The notes under the pieces were generated by a model. It did not search any database and had not been told where the DNA came from. It was given only the letters and a program-made list of their open reading frames with translations. Both the position numbers and the translations under genes were made by a program. Positions 23,081 through 35,759 of a stretch of DNA of 64,000 nt are shown in pieces. This stretch comes from Sporopachydermia quercuum (lineage: Eukaryota): positions 992,001-1,056,000 of the forward strand of contig BCGN01000008.1 in the NCBI GenBank assembly GCA_001599295.1, in the 5' to 3' direction. Position 1 is the first letter of the stretch, and each line of letters opens with the position of its first letter.

Positions 23081-23447
23081 AAGGTAGTTAGTAATGGCCC
23101 TTTTGTTAGTTAGAAGTTGATATGATAACTTTTTTTTATTGGTTCTTGGTAGACTCTGGTTTATAGGTGTTTAAGGTATTTTCAATAAATTGTAGCATTA
23201 TATGAATGAGTAGGAATATAATAGTAGTTGATTCAAATAACTAGCAACATACAACTGAAATAACATGTTTCTGTTTGAATGTAATTGGTGAATGGGTATC
23301 GATGTGAATACAGGTCTGACAATTATATTGTTTATATGTATATATTATAGAACAATCAAACATCTATAAACGCAATTGGATATCACATTTAACTTCAGCT
23401 TCTAATTAAATTAATTATTAAGGCGTAATCTAACTCTACGCTCCAGT

Positions 23448-24413
23448 CTAAATCAAAAGACCAATAGCCAAAGCAACAATACCGGACATCAAACCGGTAG
23501 ATATGCTGTTTTGTTGGCCAGCACCCGTCGATTCGGTTTCCTCCGATTCAGATGATGCAGATGCCGAGGAAGATGAGGATGAAGATAAAGCTACAGTTGA
23601 GCTCCATGAGGAAGATGACGATGTAGTTGACCTTGAACTAGTAGAACTGGAGGTGGTGACTAATGATGTTGTGTTGCTGGATGTACTGCTGGAGACAATA
23701 GATGTACTAGANCTACTGATAGAAGTTACTGTGGGAACGGTTGAATTAGTTGTAGGAATCACAATTGAGCTTGACTCTTCCGTAGTCGTTGATTCAGATT
23801 CAGTGGAAGTTGTATCTTCTTCTGAGGTAGTGGAAGTGCTAGATTCCTGAAAAGTAGTGATAGTACTTGATTCTTCAGAGGTAGCTTCTTCACTGGTAGT
23901 CTCTTCACTGGTGGTGGCTTCAGTGGTGGTTTCTTCTTCAGAAGTAGTTTCTTCACTGGTAGTCTCTTCACTGGTGGTTTCTTCTTCAGAGCTTGTAGAT
24001 TCAGTAGAAGACGTGCTGCTGGTACTGCTGGTACTGCTGGTACTGCTGGTACTGCTGATACTGCTGGTACTGCTGATACTGCTGGTACTGCTGATACTGC
24101 TACTGCTACTACTACTGCTACTACTACTACCACCAGCAACAGAGAAACCTGCATTAGAACAAGATGATTCAAAATTGTCTTTAGCTTCATCCGCATTGCC
24201 ATTTGGACATCTAGCGTCAAGACATTTTTCAATATCACCGCCATAAGATTCGCATAAACAGCTGAAATCGTTCAAGCCAGAACAATCACTTCCTTTACTT
24301 ACTTCTGCTACACATGCTAATACACATGCTGGTGGTGTAGCGGTAACTAATGATGCAAAATGTAATAAACCAATTGCTGTTGCAGCAATAGTTAATCTAG
24401 TTCCACAGCGCAT
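23448..24413 (-). CDS. CCW14: CFEM-domain GPI cell-wall protein (Ccw14/Ssr1-like), copy 1
   Basis: Signal peptide, TPPACVLACV 8-Cys CFEM domain, Ser/Thr/Glu-rich stalk and hydrophobic GPI signal. Confidence 0.85.
   Translation of the reverse strand: MRCGTRLTIAATAIGLLHFASLVTATPPACVLACVAEVSKGSDCSGLNDFSCLCESYGGDIEKCLDARCPNGNADEAKDNFESSCSNAGFSVAGGSSSSSSSSSSSISSTSSISSTSSISSTSSTSSTSSTSSTSSTESTSSEEETTSEETTSEETTSEEETTTEATTSEETTSEEATSEESSTITTFQESSTSTTSEEDTTSTESESTTTEESSSIVIPTTNSTVPTVTSISXSSTSIVSSSTSSNTTSLVTTSSSTSSRSTTSSSSSWSSTVALSSSSSSSASASSESEETESTGAGQQNSISTGLMSGIVALAIGLLI
23880..24130. repeat. Intragenic tandem repeats in CFEM gene 1 (ETTSE units; 9-nt TSS/ISS units; poly-Ser)
   Basis: (CTGCTGGTA/CTGCTGATA)n and TCTTCACTGGT repeats are directly visible. 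Confidence 0.85.
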
Positions 24414-25401
24414 TTTTCAGTGATGATAAATAAAACTAAGCGAATGAAAGCAAGAAACCGCCGTTTTCGTACCTAACAGAGAATTACTACGCTTCTATGT
24501 TATGATACAATGTTTAGATATAGTACAGTAGCCAAAGAGTGTAGATCAGAACAGACAACAGTTGCTGATATATTAGGCTGATTCTCGAAAAAAGATAGCT
24601 CGNTTTTAGGGCGTATTTTTACTGAGATTTAACTGTGACAAACGAGAGTAAATGAGCTGGATTTATTATTGTTTTTTTGTATTCAAGAAAAAATCAAAAC
24701 AATCCTGTTTCAGGGAACTAGACACAACTTTTATGGAAGAAGCAATGGATTCCTTGAGACGCAAACAGACACAACAAAAACAAACAAACGTCGAATAAAT
24801 TTTCGTGAAAATAAAGTTTGAGTTCGGGCTAAATGATTAGCGTTTCGTGCTAGTTAAATGAGAGAACAGTTTGTTGTTTTTGAGCTTAATTGGAGTTGAC
24901 TACTTTGAGATACCGGAAAAGATAGTGAGTACATAAGATATTCAGAGTAAAAGAGAACTGTAGGTCGAGGAAAGAAAGTAAATCCGGAGGAAAATAGAGA
25001 AAGTGAAGTATATTGTAGATGCTTCAGTATTTAAGTGGAAGTATTTAAGTGAAAGTTTTTTGGGGTGGTTTGATCGACAAGGTGAAAGCATAGTGTTCTC
25101 ACATTCTTTTGGAATTCTTCGAACCAAACTTTGGAGTAATAAACGTTTTATATAATCACGTGACTTGGTAAAAGATGTTTCATCTTTGGATCATGTGATC
25201 TGGAACAGAGCTTGAATCAAACCCCCAACCAGTATTTCCCAGGCAAATATTATATCCATACTATTTCCAACACTTAACACTCCAAATCAATGCTCATCAT
25301 GTCTACTTTAGCTATCTTCTACAACTTTTCAAATATCAATCTAAGTATTTACACTTCTATCTGCGGTGCACTTCCTATTTTCCTCAAACATCTCTTTTGA
25401 T

Positions 25402-26547
25402 TCAATCTTCATCTTCATCCTTTTGCTGTTGGGCTAAGTAGGCAGCGAATTTACCTGCCTTTATCTTCTGGAAAGCTTTCTGTTCTTTCTCAACAACATT
25501 TACAAACTTCTCCTTGTCACCAGCAAAACTTTTAACATAATCTACTTCAAGTTCATGCACATCACTACCAATAATGATTAAAGAATGTAAAGGTTCTCCT
25601 GACTCATAGTTTGTCATATCCTCTAAGGTGCCAGCGAAAAATTTTTGCTTCGGTGATCCCAATCTTGAAACTGCAATACATGGTGTATCCTTAGTATAGG
25701 CTATAAGCAAATGTTAATAAATTATCCAATTAAATATCAGTGTTTTCTATAATCACTACTTCAAAACACTGTTTTCCAACAATCTTCTTTACATACCTTC
25801 ACCTTGTCTTATATCTTCAATTTCTAACATTTGAGAGGCAGCCGTTTCAATATTCATATATCTTGGTGGTTCGTAGATCAATCTTCCTCTTGCCATATTT
25901 TCAAAGCTTTGCTCTTTAACCTTAATATCCAGCAAAACCAATGTGTGTAATCCAAGCTTCCTGTTTTCTGCTACTTTATCATAGAAACTATCAGGTTTCC
26001 AATTATCAGTGAAAAATACCAATGAAACAGTTTGGCCGAAGTTATACAACTGGAGACCACAAGCTCCAACTGCATTCATCACTGATGCATTATGAACTGC
26101 TTCCACTCTAATATTGAGCTCTCGAGCTCTGAGGATAAGATCTGTATGAGTTGTAGCTCTGTAAAGAAGGTTGTTAGTAACAACTCAATTATAATGTAAA
26201 AATGACACTACCACTGGGAGATGAATATATCCAGAAAAAAATCCCATCTTGACATAGAATCACAATAATAATAAAATAGCTTACCCAAATGGATCACCGA
26301 CAACTAGGAAAGCAATATCGTCTTCCTGAGCACCCGCTAATATCTCGTCACTGCCGGTTTCTACAAGTTCTCTATCAGCCAAGACCACTTCTCTGCCATA
26401 GAACTTCTCAAGTGATCCTTTGTCAGCTGCCATCAATATACTTGTGTAAGCTTCAAGATAAACCCTTTTACACCTTTTGACAATTTCAAGTCCTCGCACT
26501 GTAATATCTGACTCATAGGACAGCCCTAATCCTATTAGATAAAGCAT
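25402..26547 (-). CDS. DPH5: Diphthine methyl ester synthase, 3 exons (26547..26285, 26158..25797, 25700..25402)
   Basis: [38 protein letters not shown] and PLHSLII motifs. Introns GTAAGC..TACTAAC..CAG and GTATGT..TATTAAC..TAG keep the frame. Confidence 0.95.
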
Positions 26548-27907
26548 CGTAGATGGGTAGCATACAGTTATAGTAGTAAAATTGAGCCGCAGTAGGAGAA
26601 CAAGACTACGTAACGCTGTTGATTGAAACTTGGGTAGGACAATCCTTGATGACGTATTCAATATCAAATAATGGATGTTGTATATAATTGAAGAGTAATC
26701 TGCTCAATGATTGCTCATTTCTTGTTGCTGTTTAAACAATTAGGCAGGTGTATCAACTGTTCATTATGTGAAATTTACTCATTAAAAGAAATTTTGCTGT
26801 GAAGCGAAAATTTAATTTTTGTTAGAGTTTAAGAAGATTTAGAGTTTTGCATTGATGCGGAGGTATGCAGTATCTATTGTAAATATTTAGAGTTTCTCGT
26901 ATATGGAATTCTTGCAGAAAATAATGTATTCCCATGCAGAGAAATGAAATGTTTTGATGGAAGTAAATTTCGATTCAGGGGGTTTCTAAACATATATTTC
27001 TAGCTTAACTTTCTTTTCATTATTCTCTGAGTCATAATATTTTTCTTTAATTCCTTTCTTTCAGTACTTCTAAATATTGAATTTTTAATAGAGGTTAAGT
27101 GTGATTGTCACAATTCCTGAATAATTCAAAATTCCACCTGGAGAAGAATATGGGGATATTCTCGTGTTCAATTAGAGTTCAAAAAGCAACTCTATAATGC
27201 CTTAAATGGAACCTTAATTTGTTTTAGTTTCTCGATAAACTTTCATGGAAGCTATTGTGAAGGTATGAAAGAAAAAAAATATATTATTATTTATAGATAA
27301 TAAACAAGCAGAATTTATATAATTCTAAATATTTGCTTAATTAAGTCCTCCAGTATTGAATTGTTCGAGTGTATTATAATACAATATAAGGTATTCAGAT
27401 TAAATGTACCTGCATCACTCGTGAAAAGTCAACATTCTAAGTTCCAACCTTATTGATAGAGTCAAGTATTCTCTATAATTCTTTGTCTTGATTGACATTC
27501 TCCCTGTATTTTTGGTAAATTATGGATATCTTATTATTGGCTTTAAGAAATTTTGTAGCACTTTCATATCATACAGTTTTCTAATTTTTTTTTTGAATTC
27601 CTTTTTTTATTGTTTCCTACCTATCCACAGAAAACAATAATTAAAAATACGTTCCCATTATATAATTAAAGTTCAAACGTAATAATCATATTCAGTCAAA
27701 ATCTAACCTTATTCTTTTATGACCCATAATTTCCGCTTCTGAGATTCTCTCTTGTTCATAATTTCCGCTTTTTTATCCTCTTCTTGCTTTGTTTATCAGC
27801 ACTTCGGCTTCATGATAAAATAATAATGTTCTCCATCAGGTTCAGTCTATAGTTCATACCATTATCATCATAAACAACCTAAATCTTTGTAATCCCCAGT
27901 CTTAACG

Positions 27908-30900
27908 ATGTCTTCCTCTTCAACCCTAAAAAGAAGATTATCCTCCACAGATTTCAACCATGTAAGTGCCTATTGATTTGTTCCTTAATCAGGAAAACAT
28001 TCCTCGCGTCTCAAACACGTTTTCTTTCATTCCTATTTCGCTAACATATCTTGTTCCCAAACTATTCAGAGTACTTTTTACCAGCAAGATTTTTGGAGCC
28101 AAAGCTTTGAAAACTCACAATTAGCTAACGGTAACGGAAACGGAAACGGAAACGGAAACGGCGTTGTAAATGGTCATCGAAATAGATCACCACCCGTCCC
28201 TGTGACGCACAGCACATCTATCACTTCTTCAGCTTCTGCTTCATCAAACGAACTTGTAAGAACAGAGATGACAGCAGGATCTATTGAGAAAGTGCAGTTA
28301 ATCAATTTTATGTGTCATGAAAACTTCAGTCTGAATTTCAAACCAAGAATCAATTTTGTTATAGGTAGAAATGGTTCCGGTAAGTCAGCTATTCTAACAG
28401 CAATAACCATCTGTTTGGGTCAAAAGGCCTCGGAAACAAATAGAGGTTCTTCCTTGAAAGCCTTAATTCGTGAAGGATCAANCCAAGCAAAAATCACCTT
28501 AACTCTTGCAAATGGCCCTGGTGGCTATATGAGAAATGTTTATGGTGATAAGATCGTCATTGAAAGAGTGATTAGAAGAGATGCTCCAAGCAGTTATGCT
28601 CTAAAGAAAGCTAACGGTGAGAACGTTTCAACTAAACGCGAAGAGTTGTATAACCTACTAGAATATTTTGCTGTTAAAATTGATAATCCTTTAGCATTTT
28701 TAACTCAGGACACCGCTAGATCTTTCCTCAATTCTTCTTCTGATAAAGATAAATATGAGCATTTCATGAATGGTATTCATCTGACAGAAATGATGAATAA
28801 CTTACAAACCACTGATATGAGCTTAGTCAATATCCGTCAACTGAATAAAGCAAATGAACGAAAAGTTGAAATATTACGTCAAGATATGCAGGAAAAGAAA
28901 GAATTCGTGGAAAGAAGTAGAAGAGGTGCTACTATTAGAGAGAAACTATTGAATACTATCAAGAAGCAATATTGGTGTCAAGTACGTGATTTGGAACTCA
29001 ATATTGCCAAGATCGATGCTTCTATTTCAACTCTGAACAACTCCATTATCAAACTGCAAACTGCAAATAGAGAAAATGAACAGCATGTGATTGGTCTGAA
29101 GGAAGAAATTGATCTGAAACAGTCAGAATTAGTCGAATTGACTCAAGAAGTGGAGAAATTTAGATTGAATAATTTGGTTTCTGCTTCTGAACAGTTGAAA
29201 AATAAAATCAATCAACGGGAAGAATTACGGCAAGAGATCTCTTTACTNATGAAGGAAATAAGCAAAGAGCAAAAGATCGTTAAGCAAAGAGCGAGTGAAC
29301 TAAGTGCCCTTGAAAAGAAAAGAGATGCTATCAACGGTGGTTCTTTAGTGGAATTAGAAAATCGTTTGAATGAATTAAGGATCGAATTATCAGAATATGA
29401 AAAAGAAGCTGAAATTAAAGAAAAGGTATATCAAGATCAATACATTGAGGCTGGAACAAGTGATGATCCTTTAATTATCAAATCGGATAAGATCCGATCC
29501 TCTTGCAATGCAATTGAAAGGGAAATAAATCATCTTCGAGACGAAATCAATAAAGTGAATGAAAGTTCAACCAACTTTGCTAAAATATTCGCTCGCAATA
29601 TGCCTGCTTTACTTTCGGCTATTGACCAGCATAAAGGATTTCACTCTAAACCAATTGGACCTATTGGTTTAAATGTTACACTGAAAACTGAATTTAAACA
29701 ATGGAGCCACATTTTTGATACTCTCTATGGTAAAATTCTCAGCAGCTTTGTTGTTGTTGATTCTCATGATAGAAACGTGTTACATCAATTGCTCCAGAAG
29801 TATAAGATTTATCCTAGAAATATCATAATCCATAGTTGCCAGATTTTTAATTATCAATTGGGTTTACCTGATAAATCTTTCACAACAGTTTTGGATGCTT
29901 TGACCTTTGATTCGGAAGTAATCAAATGTATTTTAATCGATGTCAGTGGCATCGAATCGACATTGTTGGAAGAGAATAGAAGCAAAGCTGATACGATAAT
30001 GTACAACCAGCCAAGAAATGCAAAGATCTGTTTATCTATTGATTCTAAAAACAACCAAAATGGTTTCTCTATTGGTGGTAAAACTTCAGGCTCCTCAAGT
30101 ACTACTCCAATTTATGGTACTGCGGGGGTACCCAAACTGAAAACTGAATCTTTGAACAATGATGAATTAATAGATAAACTACAAGAGAACATTAAAATAG
30201 AAGTCCAGAATCTAAAAGCATCTCAGGAAGATTTGTATCATATCAAAGAGAAAATAAACCAAAAAATTGAGAAGAAAAGGAAACTCCAAACAGAAGTAAC
30301 GAAACTGAAAGTAAAGATTCAAAAGACGCGGAAGGAGATTAATAAACTGAATGATCAACTGTCAATGCAAATCGATGACGGTGAGATTCTCTCAGCTTCT
30401 GATGCTTTAAGAGAGTCCAAAGAAAACCTGCANTCTTATTTGAATCAGAAGAAAGAAGTAGAAGAGAAAATCTTACAAGCAGAAGAGAAAGTTAAAGAAG
30501 TTGAAGCAAATAAACGGCAAATTCTTCAGGAGCTGAATAAATATGAAGAGAAGAAATCAAAGAAATCAGATGAATTAGTCAACTTGGAAATGGAAAGACA
30601 GCAAAAGGAAGACGCCATTATCAAATACAATAATGCTATTAATCAGAGGGAGTTGAAATTAGTTGAAATTGAGAAAGAGAAATACGAAATCAACGATGAT
30701 NTATCAGCAGCTGTGGAATCTGCAAATGAAAAATGCAATAGAAGTGAGGTTCAACTAGCTGATGATGATTCATTAGAAGCACTGATAGAAGTCCGTAATG
30801 ATCTCACGAGGCAAATGCAAATATTTGAAGAGAATCTAGGGTTATCATCAGAGAGAATCAGTGAACAGTTTGAAAAAAGTACTATCAATTATGAAATTGC

Positions 30901-31429
30901 TCAGGAGAAGCTCGATGATAGTAAAAGACTTGAAAATGAATTACAACGCAGTTTGCAAGCAAGATTGGAATTCCTGTCAGAGACAAGAAATCATGCTTGT
31001 ATGAATGCTCATTTGAGGTTTTCTGAAGCCTTGAAAATTAGAGGATTTGAAGGTAAGCTGTTGTTTGACCATAAGAAGAGAGAATTGTCACTGGTTGTTA
31101 AAACCAAAAATGACAATAAGCCAAGATCAGTTAATTCATTATCAGGAGGAGAGAAAACAATTACTCAGATTTGTTTATTGTTAGCAATTTGGGGTCATAT
31201 GAAGTCAAGGATTCTTGCTTTAGACGAGTTTGACGTTTTCCTTGATGGTGTTAATAGAGAAGTTGGTATGAGACTGATAATTGATTCTTTGCTACAGCAA
31301 GTGAGGACTCAAGCTATTTTCATTACTCCACAGGATATGGCAAATGTTGGTGATTTATTAGCGTCTGGTAATGTTTATATCAATAGAATGGCCGATCCAA
31401 GACGATTGAATAACTCTTCTAATCATTAG
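27908..31429 (+). CDS. SMC6: Structural maintenance of chromosomes protein 6, 2 exons (27908..27961, 28070..31429)
   Basis: NFMCH, Walker A GRNGSGKS, long coiled coils with hinge, LSGGEK and LDEFDVFLD. Intron 27962..28069 (GTAAGT..GCTAAC..CAG) supplies the missing ATG in frame. Confidence 0.92.
28130..28161 (+). repeat. (GGAAAC)n microsatellite encoding a Gly-Asn repeat in the SMC6 N-terminus
   Basis: GGTAAC followed by GGAAAC x4, in frame with SMC6 exon 2. Confidence 0.8.
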
Positions 31430-32183
31430 GACATGAGGGAAGATAATGTGTGTACGATAATAAGTCTATGAATGGAACTTCTGCTCGGTCTGGATTGTAT
31501 GAGCTTTTCGGAAGATCCTGCTGTGTATTCTATGTTTTTCTTGATTTTTTTTTTAACAAGGATATAAGCAATGTAAATTTATTAAGAGATAGAGAATACT
31601 CGTTGTAAAGTAACGTAAACTTGAAGGAAAGATAATAGTGGTGAGAAGGCTGTGGAGTTTCATATTACAGTATCCCTACAACCAACATATGTCTATCTGT
31701 TGAAACATCCTTAAAACCGCGTAATATAATAAAGCAACTTGATATTTGTAATGACATGATTATAACATTTGTTATATTCAAAGTGATTTCTGATGTAGAA
31801 TTTGTACATTTCTACCTAAGTATTCTAAATGGTCATATGGATATCCTGTTTCATGTCAGGTAGAGTTGTTTTGCGTTATACGTCATGTGATCTCAAACAA
31901 AACTGCTTATCCTCGCACATTCGAATAGAATGAAGTCATAGGGAAATCTTGTCATTTCTTGTTATAGACCACGTGATCTGATACGGGCGTAAAAGTTGAC
32001 TCAACCACATCATAAATCTACTTCTCTTTTCTGGTAATAAATTATTACCATTAGTATGTTATTAAAGCTATTTGTAGGATACGTTACACTCCAGTACGTG
32101 AATGATAAANTCCTAATGTGTAAAATGTTTTATAGAATATTTTATATACATGTCTGGAGAAATGAAGAGTAGCAATCTCCTAT

Positions 32184-35100
32184 CTAATCTTCTTCTTCAT
32201 CATCATCATCGTCATCATCATCGTCATCATCATCGTCATCATCATCGTCATCGTCACTCTTCTCTTCTTTCTCCTTCTCCTTCAACTGCTTAACAGTTTC
32301 TCTTAATTTCTCCATTAATTTAGCTACTAAATTCTCAGCATGTTCAAGCTTACTCTTAAGCTCTTCATTCTCCTTCCCCGTTTGTTCTAACTCAACTTCT
32401 TTAGCTTGCACTAAATCATCAGTTTTCGCTATCTCTTGTTCTTGAGCCTTTAGTAAGTTTTCCTTCTGTTTTTCTAGCTGGTTGTTCTTCTCTATCTCAC
32501 TATTCAACCTATCATCATACTCTTTCTTCATTTTCTTCTCCAGTTCTTTATACTTCTTATTGCTTTCTTCTCCTAAATCTTTTATCTTCTTCTTATATTC
32601 ACCATCAATACAACTTAATTGCTTTCTCACTGCTTCGTTTTCTTCTTTTAATCCCTTGGAGTCTATACTAAGCTTATTGAATAATTCCTTGGTATCGGCT
32701 AATTCTTTGCCTATTTTCTCATTCATTTGTCTACCTGTTTCAATCTTCTTCGTATAGCTCAAACTCTCCTTTTCAGCCTTCTTTAATTGTTCGACAGTCT
32801 CATCTTTCTCTTTGCTTAAATCCATCAATGCTCTATTCATTTTATTGATTCCTTCTTCAGCTTTCTGTTTCTGTTTCCGCAATGTTTCAATCTGCTCTGT
32901 CAACTGTCTAATGTTCTTCTCATTGCCTTCTTGTTGCGCATACAATCGTTCATTGTCTTCCGATAGCTTATCAGCAGTTGATTCCAGTACTTCTTTAGCT
33001 TTACGTAATGTCTCAAGCTCTCTTTTCTGGGCATTGAATTTGGCTTGTAACGAACTCAGCTGGTATGTAGTGTTAATCAATTGTTCTTTGGTTGTAGATA
33101 ACTCGCTTTCCACTGCATCATATTTCATTTGAAGAGCATCTATATCAGCTTTTGATTTCCCTTCAAAAGATTTAACAAACGATTCGTATTCTACTAGTTT
33201 CGTTGATACTTCAGTGTATTTACCTGCTAGATCATCATACATTTCACTGGTCACCTTAGCATAAGTTTCTACCGTTGGTTCTTTATCCAATGTACGCTGA
33301 ATTCGCTTCATGTTGTCTTTGATAAGAGCAATAAACAAAGGGTCGAAGAAGACTTGGGGTAATCCTGTTTCATCCTTTTCAGCTGTGAAAATTTGGTTCT
33401 CGTCGTAGTTCTTGAAACCCTGCCAATTACGGAACTGCTGTAACTTGAGAACATATTGTTCTTTACCTAACGTTCCCAGTAATAGTTTGTATAGGTCGCT
33501 ACGAGTATAAGGTGAGTTCCCACTACTGAATTCATAGCATACACCTAGTAGAATGCATACCAGGCCTTCCACCATGATGTTCTGATCGAAGCCTTGAGAT
33601 AGGTACGTTACCAATGAACGTATGGATGAGCTATCGCCTAGAAAATCATTAGTTGCTTCAAAGTCTTCGAATATCCAATAGATGATGGTCATCAAATAAG
33701 CAATAGGGATTCTTGGATCGGTATTATTAAGAGATGTTGTTAACAATTCACCCATTGATCGAATAGCAGTGGACACATCTTCTCCTAGTTGTTCATTTCC
33801 TACTTTGAGCTCTCTTGCTTTGTCTCTGGACGGTTTGGAGTCTTGGAATAAATGAATAAATATCACNGAGGAGAACCAAGCACGATACGGGTTCAGTTTC
33901 AAGTCCGGGTCATAGTTCACTATTGAAGAAAATAAATTTGCTGACATTGGCCTTAAAGGAATTGGTGATGTAACGCGAGGAGAAGTCGGGTAAGATGCTA
34001 ATGGTGATATAGATGTGGAGTTACCCTTGTGAGCCCCAGGAGCAGCGGAATGCAAATTGGACGTTGCTGTCTCATCATCTAATGGCTCAGAGGGTAAAAC
34101 ACTATCTATTTCAGCACTTGGTACTTGTAAGTTGTTAGATGTACTACTGGGAATGGCCTGTCCATTGGTGGATGAACCGGAACTAATTCGTGTAACTTTA
34201 TTTCCACCATTATCTATTATTTCCTCTTTTTCATTCAAGACAATTTCGCCAATTCTTGCAGCTCCTGTTCCTGGTTCGTTATTTTCTCCGTTTTCGGAGC
34301 CAGTATTCGTGGTTTCTCCTTTCACCGGATTATTTACTCCGTTTTCCTTTGCATCCACCTCTCTATCGTCTCCGGCATGGATGATCTCACCATATTCATG
34401 TTGTTCATAAAACAGATGAATCTGGTTTTCTAAAAAGGATAATTTCAATTCATCGTTCTGGTAGAAATATGCCTGTAAGCAGATAGAAGCACCAGCACGC
34501 AAGTCAAACACGTGAACTGAATTTGAAACTAAACACCAATTCAACAAAACATTGATAACAGGTAAAACAGGAGGACGACCTATTGGTTGAATAGGCAATG
34601 ATAAATCCACGTAAGGAACATCGATATCAGAAAACTGTTCTTGGAGATCTTTGTTGCCTCTGATCAAATCAGCAATAACTAATAAACCAGAGGATCTTAT
34701 GGGTATTGATGCAAGAGGGCCAAAGACTAATTTCAATGTGTTAATTAATACTCCTGATTGAGCTAGCACGTCTTGGTTATATCTACTACTTTCATTACCT
34801 TCGTTACCCTCAATAACAAATTGTCGGCATATATTCAGTAATAATGACAAATTTTCCTCTGTTTGAGTTTTCCATACAATTCCAGGATCAATTATCAGTA
34901 ATTTGCTTAACTGGTTTCCACCTTTTGTTTCTAAGAACATCTTTTGGTTAACTGCATTATATCTAGTTAATACTGATATTAAGGATAAGCAATCGTGAGC
35001 AACTAAGCCACCTTCAAGGTTTCCTTCATCCTCAAGAATGACAAATAGCTTATCAACGATATTTTCAAATGCTACCAGTTTCTGAATACTGTAATTATCA

Positions 35101-35759
35101 TCGCATACACTAATCATAAGTAGAATTGATTCATTTCTGATGGCTTCACGAGGATCATCCAACACTCCGACAAGTAGAGATAAACCTAATGGTAAAGCGA
35201 GAATGCATTCTTTACATCTAACAGGTCTCGTTGATACAATTGCTCCTAACAATTGCAAAGTGTAAAGCCTTATATAGAATTCCTTTTCCTCTAACAGTTT
35301 GAACAATATCTCAATGTTCTCTTCCTTTTGGGTGAACTCATCAGCTAGCCATAGTGAAATATGATCAATAGGGGTACCATTCATAAGCAATGGTGAGGGA
35401 TATTTCCCATTTTGTGTTCTCTGAGCATCCTGTGACGATGCAATTGATGATGAAAGTCCAATAGGATTATTTCCGCTGTCTTCATTCTTCAGGAAGAGAA
35501 TCAGTAGAGTCTCGAGAGTTGCTCTTACAGTTTCCAAGTCCAAAACGTCACGTTTTAGGCACATGACCAAACCTCTAAAGCCATTTGCGACAACTGTTTC
35601 ACGGTAGTCTCTGGAGAAGCCCTTTAAACCAAACACAGCGGCACGGCGATCTTCTAGTAAATTTGAATGCATTAACCGATCGCATAACGTTGATATTATC
35701 TCATAAGCTGATTGCGGTTTCGTTTGATTTGATTGTAGGAATCCTGATAGCGCTTCCAT
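32184..35759 (-). CDS. USO1: ER-Golgi vesicle tether Uso1/p115
   Basis: LCDRL..S.LLEDRRAAV.GLKGFSR, REAIRNE, IQKLVAFEN head-domain motifs; coiled-coil tail; poly-Asp acidic C-terminus. First ATG at 35759. Confidence 0.92.
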   Translation of the reverse strand: MEALSGFLQSNQTKPQSAYEIISTLCDRLMHSNLLEDRRAAVFGLKGFSRDYRETVVANGFRGLVMCLKRDVLDLETVRATLETLLILFLKNEDSGNNPIGLSSSIASSQDAQRTQNGKYPSPLLMNGTPIDHISLWLADEFTQKEENIEILFKLLEEKEFYIRLYTLQLLGAIVSTRPVRCKECILALPLGLSLLVGVLDDPREAIRNESILLMISVCDDNYSIQKLVAFENIVDKLFVILEDEGNLEGGLVAHDCLSLISVLTRYNAVNQKMFLETKGGNQLSKLLIIDPGIVWKTQTEENLSLLLNICRQFVIEGNEGNESSRYNQDVLAQSGVLINTLKLVFGPLASIPIRSSGLLVIADLIRGNKDLQEQFSDIDVPYVDLSLPIQPIGRPPVLPVINVLLNWCLVSNSVHVFDLRAGASICLQAYFYQNDELKLSFLENQIHLFYEQHEYGEIIHAGDDREVDAKENGVNNPVKGETTNTGSENGENNEPGTGAARIGEIVLNEKEEIIDNGGNKVTRISSGSSTNGQAIPSSTSNNLQVPSAEIDSVLPSEPLDDETATSNLHSAAPGAHKGNSTSISPLASYPTSPRVTSPIPLRPMSANLFSSIVNYDPDLKLNPYRAWFSXVIFIHLFQDSKPSRDKARELKVGNEQLGEDVSTAIRSMGELLTTSLNNTDPRIPIAYLMTIIYWIFEDFEATNDFLGDSSSIRSLVTYLSQGFDQNIMVEGLVCILLGVCYEFSSGNSPYTRSDLYKLLLGTLGKEQYVLKLQQFRNWQGFKNYDENQIFTAEKDETGLPQVFFDPLFIALIKDNMKRIQRTLDKEPTVETYAKVTSEMYDDLAGKYTEVSTKLVEYESFVKSFEGKSKADIDALQMKYDAVESELSTTKEQLINTTYQLSSLQAKFNAQKRELETLRKAKEVLESTADKLSEDNERLYAQQEGNEKNIRQLTEQIETLRKQKQKAEEGINKMNRALMDLSKEKDETVEQLKKAEKESLSYTKKIETGRQMNEKIGKELADTKELFNKLSIDSKGLKEENEAVRKQLSCIDGEYKKKIKDLGEESNKKYKELEKKMKKEYDDRLNSEIEKNNQLEKQKENLLKAQEQEIAKTDDLVQAKEVELEQTGKENEELKSKLEHAENLVAKLMEKLRETVKQLKEKEKEEKSDDDDDDDDDDDDDDDDDDDEEED

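Noticed and set aside
23503..24246. Hydrophobic/acidic ORFs overlapping CFEM gene 1 (and 52572..53380 over gene 2)
   Set aside because: Shadow frames of Ser/Thr tandem repeats.
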